From assembly GCA_039588275.1 (NCBI GenBank), contig JBDHAC010000038.1, positions 1 through 31,830 of the forward strand: 31,830 nt of DNA. Reading direction: 5' to 3'. Position numbers and translations under genes: made by a program. The DNA is from Gemmatimonadota bacterium (GTDB taxonomy: Bacteria > Gemmatimonadota > Gemmatimonadetes > Palauibacterales > Palauibacteraceae). The notes under the pieces are model-generated. The model worked only from the letters and a program-made list of their open reading frames with translations, was not told the origin of the DNA and did no database searches. Positions 1-10,954 of the stretch are shown one piece after another (positions within the stretch are counted from its first letter, which is position 1; each line of letters opens with the position of its first letter).

Positions 1-913
1 GGGGCGGTCTCGAACGGTCGACGGTGGAAGATCGTTCGTTGCTCCGCCTCGAACATAGCGTCCTCGGCTCGCAGCTCGGCGAGGATGGTCGCGATCTCGT
101 CTTCCACCTTTCCCCGGGTCTCGGGCGGAACGGTGCGCCGCTCGATCTTCACGCTGGACTCGGCGGCGTAGGTGCTGAGACCGCTACCTCCAGCACCGCA
201 GCGTGCAGCGAGGGGGGTCCCAGAAGGGGGTGTCCTTCCGTGGCCCGCAGCTCTCGTTCGAGGGCCTCCAGGCGATGTAGCACCCGGCCCATGCGCAGGT
301 TCGCGTCAACTCCTTCCTTGTACCGGCTGCCGTGCGCCGCGCGTCCGAGCGTCCGGACCTCGAGCCACGTGAAACCGCGGTGTGCGACGCAAAGCCGCAG
401 GTCGGTGGGCTCGGTCACGATCGCGGCGTCGGTGGGACACGTCTCGATGACCTCTTCAGTGCCGAGGCTCGCGTATTCCTCGTCCGCGACGGCCGCCACC
501 AAGAGATCTCCGCCGAGACGAAGGTCGGCCTGCGCGAGGGACCGAGCCGCTTCGATGCACGCGGCGAGGCTCCCCTTCATGTCGTACGCGCCGCGCCCGT
601 ACACCCGGCCACCCACCACCTCGCTCGAGAACGGTGCCTCCATCCCGTCAACGCCGACCGTGTCGTAGTGGGCGTTGAGCATAAGGCTGAGCCCGTCACC
701 GCCCCCAGGGAGTCGGCCGACCACGCTCGGGCGCCCTGGCTCGCGCTCCAGCACGGTCACCTCGAGGCCGCCCTCGCGGAGCGCGTCGGCCGTCACGCCC
801 CCGATCTCGGACTCGCCGCTCGCGCCGGGCACCAGGGTGGGGTTGATGGAGCTGGTGCTGACCAGCTCCTCGAGCGTGGAGATCAGACGCTTTCGTTCGA
901 TCCGGATGTCCAT
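1..913 (-). pseudogene. M20 family ArgE/DapE-like deacylase, frameshifted near 186-188; 3' end lies outside the window
   Basis: Start ATG at 913 (MDIRIERKRL). M20 motifs LNAHYDTV, GRGAYDMKG, ADEEYAS, VTEPT and GRAAHGS. The frame stops at 149, but homolog-like sequence (SGLSTYAAESSVKIERRTVP...) continues in another frame to the window edge. Could be a true pseudogene or an assembly error. Confidence 0.75.
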
Positions 914-1028
914 GGTCTGTCTCCGCACTGGTGGCAGGTGCCGACGCGAAGTGACGCCCCGCTCGCTTGACCCGTGTGATGGATGGCCGTAGCCGTTCAT
1001 GCTGACCGAGGCACGGCTGGAGGAGACC

Positions 1029-2111
1029 ATGTGGCAAGACCTGGATGTAGTGGCCGTTCACCCGAGCACGAGACTCCACCGTCTCGTCCTGCGCTCGTCG
1101 GCCGTTGCCCTGGCGCTCCTCGCAATGGTCGTCGTCGCCGTTCTAGCCCAAGAGCCGGTCGCCGCGCAAGCGGCCGCGTGCGATGACGCTTCAAGCGCTC
1201 CGGGTGTCCGGCTCCACGGTCGTGTCCAGGATGTGCAGACCGAGGTCCGGATTCCGGGCGCCCGCGTGCTCGTCGCGGTGCCGCGCACCGGCGACACCTT
1301 CAGACGCGACACGCTGGCGGTGACCGCCGATGAGAGGGGTGAGTACGAGTTGTGCGGCTTGCCCGCGGCTTCCTCCATTCGCCTGTGGTCGCGCTACGAG
1401 GAGCACCGCAATCAGAGCGTAACGGTCCGCCTGGATCGCGAGTCCGTGCGGAGGAACCTGCGCGTGTCACTCGGGACGCCGGCCCGCGTACTTCTGGGCT
1501 TCAGCGACTCCGAAGGAGCGCCGCTGCGCGATGCCACCGTTTTGCTGGAGCCGTTCGGCATCGAGGAGGAGACCGATGGTGACGGGCGCGTATGGTTCCA
1601 GGAGCTCGTCCCGAGCCGCTACCTCCTGACGGTATTCAAGGACGATTGGGAAGCGGCTCCGGTCGTGCTCGACGTGGAAGGTGGCGATGAGGTCGAAATC
1701 CTGTTGAGCGCTGTGGCGCGAGACGGTGCCGCCGACACCCTGCTATTGTCGCGCTCCGACCACGACCCTTATCTGGCGCACGTCGGCTACTACGACAGAC
1801 TCGACAGTGGGCGTGCCGGCTACTTCCTGACAGCGGAAGACCTGGCCTCGAAGGACCATCTGACGCTGGAAGATGTCTTCACCTTCGACGCGCAGATCGC
1901 GAGGCGTCTCGGGCGCAACACGATCGGGTTCCTCGATGGACGGGAGATCCGCTTCGTGTACCCCAGCGTCAGGACGTTCCTGCGGGAGTACTCGATCGAT
2001 GGCGTCCGTGCCCTGGAGGTTCATCGCTGCGCCGAAGCGCCGCCGGAGTACCGCTGGCGCGCGTTCAGCCTATCCGACTGCACGGTGATTCTGGTCTGGA
2101 GTTGGCGTTAG
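1029..2111 (+). CDS. Secreted protein with two carboxypeptidase-regulatory-like domains and a degenerate C-terminal TonB plug-like domain
   Basis: AGGAG SD before ATG 1029, signal-peptide-like N-terminus, LHGRVQD...IPGARV...TADERGEYELCGLP and TDGDGRV motifs, C-terminus LEVHR...CTVILVWSWR. Confidence 0.7.
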   Translation: MWQDLDVVAVHPSTRLHRLVLRSSAVALALLAMVVVAVLAQEPVAAQAAACDDASSAPGVRLHGRVQDVQTEVRIPGARVLVAVPRTGDTFRRDTLAVTADERGEYELCGLPAASSIRLWSRYEEHRNQSVTVRLDRESVRRNLRVSLGTPARVLLGFSDSEGAPLRDATVLLEPFGIEEETDGDGRVWFQELVPSRYLLTVFKDDWEAAPVVLDVEGGDEVEILLSAVARDGAADTLLLSRSDHDPYLAHVGYYDRLDSGRAGYFLTAEDLASKDHLTLEDVFTFDAQIARRLGRNTIGFLDGREIRFVYPSVRTFLREYSIDGVRALEVHRCAEAPPEYRWRAFSLSDCTVILVWSWR

Positions 2112-2141
2112 CCGTTCGCTCGAGCGGAACTGCGCCGACGC

Positions 2142-2963
2142 CTACTGATCCAACGCTTCCAGCCGCTCGGCAATCATCCGGTTGTCGGGGAACTCCTCTT
2201 GGAGCGCCATCAATGCGGCGCGGGCCGAGTCCGGGAAGCCGAGCGTCCGGTAGGCGTCAGCGGCGTACACGCCACTCAACAGCTGCGATCGGCGATCACC
2301 CGGGGTGAAGGATCTCAGTGCCCTCAGCGCAGCTTCCGGGTCGTTTCGGTCTTCGAGCGACGACTGAACATGCAGAAGCTGCGTGGCCGGGTCCTCGGGG
2401 CGACGACGCACCAGCTCGTCAATCAGGCGCGCCGCGTCGTCCGCCCGCCCGGCGGCCCTGTCCTGCACCGCCTGGTGATACAAGCCCGCCGTAAGTAGCC
2501 GCTCCACGTCGGCCGGCTCGTCGTGACGTGTCCCGACCCCACCTGCGTACGAGTACACGAGCTCTCCACCGTGCTCGCCCGTCTCGTACACGAAGAAGAG
2601 CCCCGCCAGACCGGCAGCAGCAGATCCGATCAGGAGCCCCTTCCGGAAGCGAGGCAGCGCCAGGCCGGCGATCTCGATGGCGGCGATGAGGAGAAAGAGG
2701 TTGCGGGTTCGCTCACCCCACTCCTCGTGTTCGACCACGGCCTCTCTCGCACCGGGTATCCGCTCCGCCGGCCCATGCGCATCATCGCCCGACTTCACGG
2801 CGACGACCGCGAACAACGTTCCGGCGAGCAACAGGGTCACGGCCGCAGGGCTCGTGAACTTCCATTTCCCGGTGAGTGAGACCAAACGGAAGATCACTCC
2901 CGCCACGAGTAGCGAGATCGTGAAGTGGACCAGTATCGGGTGTAACGGACCAATGTCCGGCAT
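2142..2963 (-). CDS. DUF2231-like membrane protein with helical/TPR-like C-terminal extension
   Basis: GGAGAGG SD; LHPILVHF motif, about 4 TM segments, GEHGGELVY motif. Confidence 0.75.
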   Translation of the reverse strand: MPDIGPLHPILVHFTISLLVAGVIFRLVSLTGKWKFTSPAAVTLLLAGTLFAVVAVKSGDDAHGPAERIPGAREAVVEHEEWGERTRNLFLLIAAIEIAGLALPRFRKGLLIGSAAAGLAGLFFVYETGEHGGELVYSYAGGVGTRHDEPADVERLLTAGLYHQAVQDRAAGRADDAARLIDELVRRRPEDPATQLLHVQSSLEDRNDPEAALRALRSFTPGDRRSQLLSGVYAADAYRTLGFPDSARAALMALQEEFPDNRMIAERLEALDQ

Positions 2964-3018
2964 ATGTACCTCTCCAGGCCCAACGGGCCGGCTGGGAGTG
3001 GATGGGGTTCGCGCGAGA

Positions 3019-4236
3019 TTAGCGCATCGCTCGGGTCATGTACACCGCCATGCCGATCGAAAGGACGGCGATTCCCAGGAAGACGGCGTCGAGCCCCCCG
3101 AGCACCAGCAACGCGCTTCCGACCAGCGGCCCCAGCGTCTGTCCGAGACGGAGCACGCTCGCGTTCACCGCCAGGATCGCGGCCCGATGCTCGTCGGATA
3201 CGAGGTCCATCAACCACGTGAACAACGAAGGGATGGCCATTCCGTTCGCGGCGCCGAACAGCACGGCCGGCAGCGTCAGCAGCCATGGATTATTCGCGAG
3301 CGCGATGGCTGCCATCACGACCGCGTACGCCACGAACCCGAGCGTCACGAGCCGTGTCTCCGGGATGTGGCGGGCGACCTGTCCCAGCCTCGCGGCGGCT
3401 ACCGCGCTGGACAGCGAGCCGAGCGAGAACAGGAGCCCGATCGCGAGCGGTGATGCCGCGAACCGGCGGTCCATCAGGATGGGGACGAACGCGAGGTAGG
3501 GTCCGAAGATTACGATGAACGCGAAGGTCGAAGCGAGAAACGCCGAGAGGACCCGGCGGTGTCTCGCCGCGGCGAGCGTCTCCGCCAGGTGCTGGCGCAG
3601 TCCGATCTCCACGATCGGCTCACGCATCTTCAAGCGGAAGGCGACCAGAAACGCCACCGGAAGCGCTGAGAGCGGGAGCAGAAACGGGGCGTACCACGCG
3701 ATCCCCGCGAGCGCTCCGCCGATTGCCGGGTAACTGGCCGTCCCCACGCTCAGCACGCTGGAGTTGTACCCCATCGCGGTGGTGCGTGCATGGCCCGTAT
3801 ACAGATCGCTCAGGATGGCCATGTTCAACGCTCCCAGGGCCGCGGCGCCAATTCCTTGCAGGAGGCGGAGCACGAGCAGGAGCTGAAAGTCTCTCGCAAG
3901 TGCGCAGGCGCTCCCCGCCGCCGCGAACAGGAGCAGGGAAGGGACGAGGACGCGCTTCCGTCCCCACCGGTCTGCGAGGACGCCCAAGACCGGTGCCAGG
4001 ACCACGCCGGGCACCGTGAACACGCTGATCAGCAGGCCCACCTGGCGGCTCGAGACGCCCAGGGCACGCGAGATTTCGGGGAACGCCGGGGTCAGGCTGG
4101 AGACCCCCATCACCGCGATCAGGGTGACCGCGAAGATGACGTGCAAGTTCGGATCGCGGGCGAGTCGGCTGTCCTCTAGGTTCCGTGCGGCCGCCGCCGT
4201 GCTGCCCGCCACGTCTGCGCCCGGGTGGCTCTCCAT
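3019..4236 (-). CDS. MFS transporter (DHA-like efflux type)
   Basis: MFS motif A (GVLADRWGRKRVL) and about 12 hydrophobic segments. The N-terminal part of the long track ORF overlaps the next gene and is discarded; the start at 4236 is approximate. Confidence 0.9.
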   Translation of the reverse strand: MESHPGADVAGSTAAAARNLEDSRLARDPNLHVIFAVTLIAVMGVSSLTPAFPEISRALGVSSRQVGLLISVFTVPGVVLAPVLGVLADRWGRKRVLVPSLLLFAAAGSACALARDFQLLLVLRLLQGIGAAALGALNMAILSDLYTGHARTTAMGYNSSVLSVGTASYPAIGGALAGIAWYAPFLLPLSALPVAFLVAFRLKMREPIVEIGLRQHLAETLAAARHRRVLSAFLASTFAFIVIFGPYLAFVPILMDRRFAASPLAIGLLFSLGSLSSAVAAARLGQVARHIPETRLVTLGFVAYAVVMAAIALANNPWLLTLPAVLFGAANGMAIPSLFTWLMDLVSDEHRAAILAVNASVLRLGQTLGPLVGSALLVLGGLDAVFLGIAVLSIGMAVYMTRAMR

Positions 4237-4335
4237 GGCGGAGATCCTAGCGACTGGAGGTTGATCATGACACAGTGTCCGTCCGCCCTCGAACACTCCG
4301 CAGCGTCCCGCATCCTCACGCGTGTCGGGAGCGGA

Positions 4336-6915
4336 ATGCGCGCCGTTCTCGTAACGCTCTTCGCGCTCTCCATGACGTCGATTCCGGCACGCGCGCAGGA
4401 GTCGCGGGCGCAGGAAGAACCGAAGGAGCTTCCGTCGATCGAAGACAAGACCGACGGGATGGCACACTGGCCGGGCTTCTTCGACCTGTTCTGGGCTGAG
4501 GACGAGAACAAGCTCTACCTCCAGGTCGACCGCTGGGGCGAGGAGTTTCTGCACCAGGTGTCCCTCCCCACCGGTTTGGGCAGCAATCCCGTGGGGCTGG
4601 ACCGGGGGCAGCTGGGCGGGACGCACGTGCTTCGAACGGAGCGTGTGGGCCGCAAGGTCCTGATGATCGAGCCCAACTACGGGTTCCGGGCGCAGAGCGA
4701 GGATCCCGCGGAGCGGCGGGCCGTCGCCGAGGCCTTCGCCCCGTCCACCCATTGGGGCTTCAAGATCGTCGCGCAGACGGACGATCGGGTCCTGGTGGAC
4801 GCCACGGGCTTCTTCCTCCGAGATGCGCATGGCGTCGTGCGGACGTTGGACCGTTCCGGCCAGGGCAAATTCACGCTGGACGCTTCGCGGAGCGCCTTCC
4901 ATCTGCCGCGCACCAAGGCGTTTCCCAGGAACACCGAAGTGGAGGTGTCGCTCACGTTCAAGTCCGATGCGCCCGGGCCGCTCGTCCGCCAGACGGCTGC
5001 GAGCGGCGAGGCCATCACGCTCAGGCAGCACCACTCGCTCGTGCAGCTGCCCGAGGACGGGTACGAGCCGCGCCGTGCGGATCCACGCGTTGGGGCGTTC
5101 GGCATCACGTTCCACGACTACGCCTCGCCGATCGATCAGCCGGTCGCTGTCCGGTGGGCCTCGAGGCACCGGCTCGAGAGGGCGGACCCGTCAGCGGAGC
5201 GCTCGAGAGCGGTCGAGCCGATCGTGTACTACCTGGACCCGGGGGTGCCGGAGCCCATTCGCGGCGCGCTGCTCGAGGGGGCGTCATGGTGGAACCAGGC
5301 GTTCGAGGCGGCCGGGTATATCGACGCGTTCAGGGTGGAGATGCTGCCTGACGACGCGGATCCCATGGATCTGCGGTACAACGTGATCCACTGGACGCAC
5401 CGTTCGACGCGGGGCTGGTCGTACGGCTCGTCGGTGACGGATCCGCGAACCGGTGAGATCCTCAAGGGCAACGTCAACCTGGGTAGCCTCAGGCTCCGTC
5501 AGGACCACCTTCTCGCCGTCGGACTCGGATTCGAGCCCGGTCCCCCGGGGTCGGACGGAGCGGGCGAAGCGGCGGCCTCGGGCTGGTCCATGCCGGACCT
5601 GTCTCCGCGAGGCACGGGACCCTCGTTCGGTGTGTGCGATCTGAGTGCGGGCCCGACCTTCAGCTATCTGGCGGCGGTGGCCGCGAACGGGGACGCGGTC
5701 GAGATGGCTCTGGCCCGCATCCGGCAGCTCTCCGCGCACGAGGTCGGTCACACGCTCGGGCTCGCGCACAACTTCATTGCGAGCACCTACGGGCGCGCGA
5801 GCGTGATGGACTATCCCGCACCGTTGGTCCGGATCACGTCCGACGGCACGCTCGACGTATCGCAGGCGTACGATGTCGGAATCGGCGAGTACGACCAATT
5901 CGCGGTTCGCTGGTTGTACAGCGACTTCGCCCCCGGCGTCGAAGAGGCTCGCGCGCTCGACGCAATCGTCCAGGAGGGGCTGGAGGGCGGGATTCGCTTC
6001 ATCTCCGATGCGGACGCGCGACCGGCGGGGGCCGCGCACCCGCTGGCGCACCTGTGGGACAACGGCGCCGATCCGATCAGGGCCCTCCGTGAAGAGATCG
6101 AGATCCGTCGGATCGGGCTCGAGCAATTCAGCGCCGGCCTTATCCCCGAAGGCCGGGCGCTCTCATCGTTGCAGGGGATTCTGGTGCCGCTCTACCTGCA
6201 CCACCGCTATCAGGTCGAGGCCGCGGCGCGCAGCGTCGCCGGCGTCGATTACAACTACGCCGTTCGGGGTGATGGACAATCCGCGGTCGCGATCGTGCCC
6301 GGCGACCGTCAACGCGAGGCCCTCGGGGTAGTGCTCGCAACGCTGTCGCCTGACTTCCTGGCGCTTCCGGAGCCCGTCCTCGACGTGGTTCCGCCGCGCG
6401 CGTTCTTCACTGCCGACCAGGAGTTGTTCGCTGGCGGAACGGGCCCGACGTTCGACCCCTTCGGAGCCGCTGCCTCCGCGGCGGAGTTCACCGTCGGCCT
6501 GTTGCTCGACCCCAGTCGAATGACGCGTTTGGTGGAGTTCCACAGCCGTGACCTTGCCAATCCCGGCTTGGACGAGGTGGTGGACCGACTCCTGGCCGCG
6601 ACGTGGCGCTCCGCGCTTCCGACCGACCCGTACCGCGCGCGGGTGGCCGAGACGGTGCGCGGCGTCGTTCTCGAGCAGATGCTGAATCGTGCCACCGGCG
6701 GCAGGAGCGCGGGGCCGGTGCGCGCGGTCCTCGCGGCGAAGCTGGACGAGCTCGCGTCGTGGTTGGAAGCTCGTCCTTCGCCGTCCGCGCACGAGCGTCT
6801 GGTGGCGAGCGACATTCGCCGCTGGCAGACGCGGCCGTACGAGTCCGAAGAGCGAGCCAGGCCGGCTCCCCTGCCCCCGGGCAGTCCGATCGGACGGGAC
6901 GGCACGCTCCCCTGA
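4336..6915 (+). CDS. Secreted zinc-dependent metalloprotease (DUF5117/DUF4953, EcxA-like metzincin)
   Basis: Signal peptide [12 protein letters not shown]...ARA, DPRVG motif, [20 protein letters not shown] zinc motif, SVMDY Met-turn. Confidence 0.9.
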   Translation: MRAVLVTLFALSMTSIPARAQESRAQEEPKELPSIEDKTDGMAHWPGFFDLFWAEDENKLYLQVDRWGEEFLHQVSLPTGLGSNPVGLDRGQLGGTHVLRTERVGRKVLMIEPNYGFRAQSEDPAERRAVAEAFAPSTHWGFKIVAQTDDRVLVDATGFFLRDAHGVVRTLDRSGQGKFTLDASRSAFHLPRTKAFPRNTEVEVSLTFKSDAPGPLVRQTAASGEAITLRQHHSLVQLPEDGYEPRRADPRVGAFGITFHDYASPIDQPVAVRWASRHRLERADPSAERSRAVEPIVYYLDPGVPEPIRGALLEGASWWNQAFEAAGYIDAFRVEMLPDDADPMDLRYNVIHWTHRSTRGWSYGSSVTDPRTGEILKGNVNLGSLRLRQDHLLAVGLGFEPGPPGSDGAGEAAASGWSMPDLSPRGTGPSFGVCDLSAGPTFSYLAAVAANGDAVEMALARIRQLSAHEVGHTLGLAHNFIASTYGRASVMDYPAPLVRITSDGTLDVSQAYDVGIGEYDQFAVRWLYSDFAPGVEEARALDAIVQEGLEGGIRFISDADARPAGAAHPLAHLWDNGADPIRALREEIEIRRIGLEQFSAGLIPEGRALSSLQGILVPLYLHHRYQVEAAARSVAGVDYNYAVRGDGQSAVAIVPGDRQREALGVVLATLSPDFLALPEPVLDVVPPRAFFTADQELFAGGTGPTFDPFGAAASAAEFTVGLLLDPSRMTRLVEFHSRDLANPGLDEVVDRLLAATWRSALPTDPYRARVAETVRGVVLEQMLNRATGGRSAGPVRAVLAAKLDELASWLEARPSPSAHERLVASDIRRWQTRPYESEERARPAPLPPGSPIGRDGTLP

Positions 6916-7140
6916 GGAAGCTCCTGGCCGGGGCGTTTGGCCCCGCCATTGCGGTAATGGGAGCAGCGGGACGCGGAAAAGGCTATCCTTACGGGCCGCG
7001 TCCCAGGGGTGGTGTTCGGGAAAACCTTGCGGGAGTGGGGTATAGCGGAACGGGCGTGAGACCAGGGCTGTAGACTCTGTGAGGCTGAAACCGGCCTGCT
7101 CCGGCCGTTGGGATCGGGATCGCGGGGGTAAAAGGTGACG

Positions 7141-8220
7141 ATGGGCGGAAAAAGCTGCAGGATGCTGGTCCTCGGGGCGCTCGCGCTCACGGCGTCCGCC
7201 GGCACGGTCACCGGCCAGGCGCTCGTGGTCGTGAACGCGCACGACTCGCAGGCAGTCCTCGTCGATCCTCTGACGCAGGAAGTCCTCGCGCGTCTCCCGA
7301 CCGGCCCCGATCCCCGCGAGGTCGCCCTTTCGCCGGATGGCCGCTACGCCTACGTGACGAGCTACGGGCGGTCCGGCACCGATTCGGAAGGGACTCCGTT
7401 CGGCGACATCGAGAAAGATGCTGACGCTACCATCCCGCTGGACTCCACCGACGTGGCGGGCGTCACCGTCCTGGACCTCGCGAGCCGCAGTGTGGCGTCC
7501 GCGTTCTATCCCGGGCCGTACGGACGGCTGCACGGCATCTGGGTCGGACGCTCTGGCCAGCGGTTGTGGATGACCGCGGAAGCCGACAGCGGAATCGTCG
7601 AGCTGAATGCGCGCACCGGCGAAGTGTTGATGCTGTGGAAGACCGGTAGCGCCGCCAGCCAGAACGTGGTGATCGGTCCTCAGAACCGCCGCATCTACGT
7701 CGCGAACGGGGCGTCGGGCTTCATCACCATGATCGATCGCGTCACGGTCGTGCCGCGGCGGGTAATGACCGGGCCGCAGCCAGAGGGTCTGGCGCTTTCC
7801 CCTGGCGGGTCGGAGCTGTGGGTGAGCGACCGAGGGGACAACAGCGTAACGATCTTGGCCACGCACAATCTCGCTCAGATCGCCCGCTTCCCGAGCGGTG
7901 GCATCGATCCGGTCCGACTTCGATTCCACCCGGACGGACTCGAGGTCTGGGTCCTGAATCGGGGCAGCCGCAACATCACGGTGTTGGATGTGGCAGCCGC
8001 CTCGCTCCTGCACACGATCGAGCTGGATGTCGAGCCGCGCTCGATCGCGTTCTCCGCGAACGGTGAGCGAGCCTTCGTCACCGCCCCGAGGAGCCATCAG
8101 GTCTACGTGATCGACGTGCCCACCCGCGCCGTGCTGAGCTCGTTCCGTACCGGTTCCGCGCCGCATGGGCTTGCGTGGAGTACCTGGGGAGGAGCCCGCG
8201 CCGCCGGTTCTTCGCGCTAG
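7141..8220 (+). CDS. YncE/YVTN-type beta-propeller protein, secreted
   Basis: Signal peptide; repeated blades (PREVALSPDGRYAYVT, PEGLALSPGGSELWV, PRSIAFSANGERAFV). Confidence 0.85.
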   Translation: MGGKSCRMLVLGALALTASAGTVTGQALVVVNAHDSQAVLVDPLTQEVLARLPTGPDPREVALSPDGRYAYVTSYGRSGTDSEGTPFGDIEKDADATIPLDSTDVAGVTVLDLASRSVASAFYPGPYGRLHGIWVGRSGQRLWMTAEADSGIVELNARTGEVLMLWKTGSAASQNVVIGPQNRRIYVANGASGFITMIDRVTVVPRRVMTGPQPEGLALSPGGSELWVSDRGDNSVTILATHNLAQIARFPSGGIDPVRLRFHPDGLEVWVLNRGSRNITVLDVAAASLLHTIELDVEPRSIAFSANGERAFVTAPRSHQVYVIDVPTRAVLSSFRTGSAPHGLAWSTWGGARAAGSSR

Positions 8221-8340
8221 GGCAGTTCGCCGGACACGCCCCTCTCACCGTCCCAACATCTTAGCGAGCGCGGCGCGGCGTGCCGCGCGATCGGGAACGA
8301 CACGCTTCCCGACGACGTATTCCTTTGGAGTTCCGTACCG

Positions 8341-8363
8341 CGTTACGTGAGGCTGACGTAACG
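8341..8363. promoter_or_regulatory. Perfect 8-bp inverted repeat CGTTACGT-N7-ACGTAACG, candidate operator or hairpin
   Basis: Seen directly, ~20 bp upstream of the LVIVD gene. Confidence 0.3.
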
Positions 8364-8384
8364 TGAGCTGCTCCGAGCGCGTGC

Positions 8385-9836
8385 ATGAGCGCCGTGGGCG
8401 AACGTCTGAAGGAGCGTCGTGTGGGAAGCAACCCTGGTTCGCAGACTCGGATTCTGGCGGCGTCGCTCGCCTTCGCGGTGGCGTGTTCCGATTCGACGGG
8501 GCCAGACTCCGGCGCGCGGGTCACGATCACCGGAGGACCCGCCCAGGTGGTGCAGGGCGATGTCGTCACCTACACGGCGGAAGTGCGCGACGGGTCGGGG
8601 GCCGTCATCGGCTCCGCGGGCCTCGAGTGGGCGGTCGAGCCCAGTAGCGCCGCCCTGATCGACGCCGACGGTCGCCTGGTCGGCTACGAGCCTGGAGGCG
8701 CGCGCGTCATCGCGCAGTCGGGGCAGGCCCACACGGAGCTGTCGATCACGATCGTGGAGCGGGGGCTCGCAGCCGCGTCGTTCTCGGTCATAGGGCAGGG
8801 GACCGTCAACGCGCGCTTCACGTCGGACCTGTGGTTGTTCGACGACTTCGCATACACCGGCACCTGGGGTCAGCGGGGGCCCAACCCCGGGAATCGGCTG
8901 TACGCCTGGGACATCTCAAACCCCGCGGTTCCCGTCATCACGGATTCGATTGCCGCGGATGCGTTCACCGTCAACGACGTGAAGATCCGGGACGACGGTG
9001 GACTCGCCGTCCTCACGCACGAGGGATCGACGGACGGACGGAACGGCATCTCGCTGCTGGACACCTCCGATCCGCTCCACCCGCAGGTCATCACGCGGTT
9101 CACGGATGAGATGGAGGGCGGCGTCCACAACGTGTGGATCGAGGGCGATTTCGTGTATGCCGTCCTGGATGGCTCCGACCCCACCCGCGGCCTGCGGGTG
9201 ATCGACGTCTCCGATCCCGCGAACCCGGCCCTGGTTTCGAGCTTCTACGGCGGGGCGGCGGGCAACTTCGGACAATTCCTCCACGACGTATACGTCCGCG
9301 ACGGACTCGCCTTCCTGTCCCACTGGAACGCGGGGCTGATCATCCTGGACGTCGGTGCCGGAATCGCGGGCGGGTCACCGGGTGCGCCGGTCGAGGTGAG
9401 CCGCATCCGGCCGCAGGGAGATCAAGCCCACAACGCCTGGTATTGGCCGTCGACCGGATACGTGTTCTTGGGTGAGGAGGACTTCAGCACTCCCGGGATC
9501 ATGCATGTCATCGACGCCCGCGATCCGGCGAATCCTCGTGAGGTGGCGACCTACCGGGTCCCGGGCGACACCCCCCATAACTTCTGGCTCGACGAGGCGT
9601 CGGCGATTCTCTATCTGGGTTGGTACACGCAGGGCCTCCGGGCGCTCGATGTGTCCGGCGAGCTCCTGGGCGAGCTCGAGCGTCAGGGGCGCGAGATCAC
9701 CTCGTTCCTGTATGACGGCGCGGGCGCCTGCTCGAGCGGAATCGGAACGTGCACGTGGGCGCCGCAGGTCCACGACGGCCTGGTGTGGGTGTCCGACATG
9801 AACTCCGGACTCTGGGCGCTGCGCCTCGACCGCTGA
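8385..9836 (+). CDS. Lipoprotein with Ig-like domain and LVIVD-repeat propeller
   Basis: Lipobox AVAC, Ig-like segment, repeats GISLLDTSDP, GLRVIDVSDP, GLIILDV and MHVIDARDP. Start uncertain. Confidence 0.8.
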   Translation: MSAVGERLKERRVGSNPGSQTRILAASLAFAVACSDSTGPDSGARVTITGGPAQVVQGDVVTYTAEVRDGSGAVIGSAGLEWAVEPSSAALIDADGRLVGYEPGGARVIAQSGQAHTELSITIVERGLAAASFSVIGQGTVNARFTSDLWLFDDFAYTGTWGQRGPNPGNRLYAWDISNPAVPVITDSIAADAFTVNDVKIRDDGGLAVLTHEGSTDGRNGISLLDTSDPLHPQVITRFTDEMEGGVHNVWIEGDFVYAVLDGSDPTRGLRVIDVSDPANPALVSSFYGGAAGNFGQFLHDVYVRDGLAFLSHWNAGLIILDVGAGIAGGSPGAPVEVSRIRPQGDQAHNAWYWPSTGYVFLGEEDFSTPGIMHVIDARDPANPREVATYRVPGDTPHNFWLDEASAILYLGWYTQGLRALDVSGELLGELERQGREITSFLYDGAGACSSGIGTCTWAPQVHDGLVWVSDMNSGLWALRLDR

Positions 9837-9855
9837 GGCCTGCTCGAGCGGCGGT

Positions 9856-10743
9856 TCAGGGTCCGCCCGGGTCCCGCGTCCAGATCAGGATCGCGGCGCA
9901 CGTGGTGGGGCGCCGGTACCGGATCGGCACCTCGGAAGCCCCACGGTAGATCTCCAGTCCGTCGATGTCACCGGGTGGGATGTCGTCGATGCTCAACCCC
10001 GGGGCGGGCGCCCCGTCCACGTAGAACTCGATCGAGCAGCCGGCGTTTCTGCCCACTCGGAGACCGTGCCGTCCACCCGGGTCCCGGGTGATGATCAGGC
10101 CCGGGACCTCGCGCATCAGATCGCTCGTCCGAAACGGCGAACGCTCGCGGATCTCGGGGCCCGAGATGAAATAGCCGTGCGCTCTACCCCGCCGTTCGTA
10201 GAACCCGCGCAGCTTCCCCGGTCGCGCTTCCCCCTCGATCTCGACCTCCAGCGGTGGCAGCTCCGCCACCGGAACACCGCCGACACGAGTCGCGTCACCC
10301 AGGATGACCGACGCTCGGATCTCGGTGTAGTGGCCCTCGCGCAGCTGGATCGTCCGCGGCTCGGACGCGCGTCCATCGAACTGAAAGTGGATCGTGTGCT
10401 CCCCCGGCTCGAGCTCGGACAACAGGAAGTAACCCTCCGGGTCCGTCACGGCCCTCGATTCACCCGATGCGGCCGCGACCAGGATTACGATCGCGCCCAC
10501 GAACGGTTCGGCGGTTCGTGCGTCCACCACCAGACCGCCGAGAGACGTCGAGCTCTCACCGGGTGGAGCATCTTGCGCGATCGCACCCCGGCCAGCGGCA
10601 GCCGAGACGATGAGCCCTGCCGAGATCCCGAGAAGGAATCCGGCGGGCCACCGGGAGGCTTGCGGGGATGTGATCGCCTGGAACATGCCGCTCGGGCTCC
10701 TGGCCGGGTCGATGCGCGCCGCGCGCATCGTGAGACGCATCAT
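9856..10743 (-). CDS. Carboxypeptidase-regulatory-like domain plus TonB-dependent receptor plug domain, no barrel
   Basis: LGGLVVDARTAEP...TDPEGYF, GFYERR, SDLMREVPGL, YVDG, IDGLEIYRG, CAAILIWTR. Start uncertain. Confidence 0.8.
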   Translation of the reverse strand: MMRLTMRAARIDPARSPSGMFQAITSPQASRWPAGFLLGISAGLIVSAAAGRGAIAQDAPPGESSTSLGGLVVDARTAEPFVGAIVILVAAASGESRAVTDPEGYFLLSELEPGEHTIHFQFDGRASEPRTIQLREGHYTEIRASVILGDATRVGGVPVAELPPLEVEIEGEARPGKLRGFYERRGRAHGYFISGPEIRERSPFRTSDLMREVPGLIITRDPGGRHGLRVGRNAGCSIEFYVDGAPAPGLSIDDIPPGDIDGLEIYRGASEVPIRYRRPTTCAAILIWTRDPGGP

Positions 10744-10954
10744 ACCAACGGGAGAATCCGTCGGCGAGCAGGAAGCTACGCCGGTACGAGGGCCCTCACC
10801 CGGCCAGGCGGCCGTAGAATGAGGATGCAGGGCGGTAGTAGGTTAGAGCAGTCGGACGTTTATGAGACCGTCGGTTCATACGGCCGGATATCGATGCGGC
10901 CGTGGGGTGCGAGTCGAGTACGGCGTCGGCCCGTGCCGGCGTGTTATCGGGGAA

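Noticed and set aside
4237..5169. N-terminal ~310 aa of the 716-aa MFS ORF
   Set aside because: Antisense shadow of the metalloprotease gene; MFS similarity starts only near 4236.
6916..7140. Hairpins (GGGACGCGG/CCGCGTCCC) suggesting a cobalamin or TPP riboswitch
   Set aside because: The conserved riboswitch cores are not recognisable; GC-rich stems alone are insufficient.
6163..8166. 667-aa minus-strand ORF, and similar long shadow ORFs such as 15581-17206 (+) and 25422-26990 (-)
   Set aside because: They lie antisense to well-supported genes, are Arg/Gly-rich with no motifs, and are expected in high-GC DNA.
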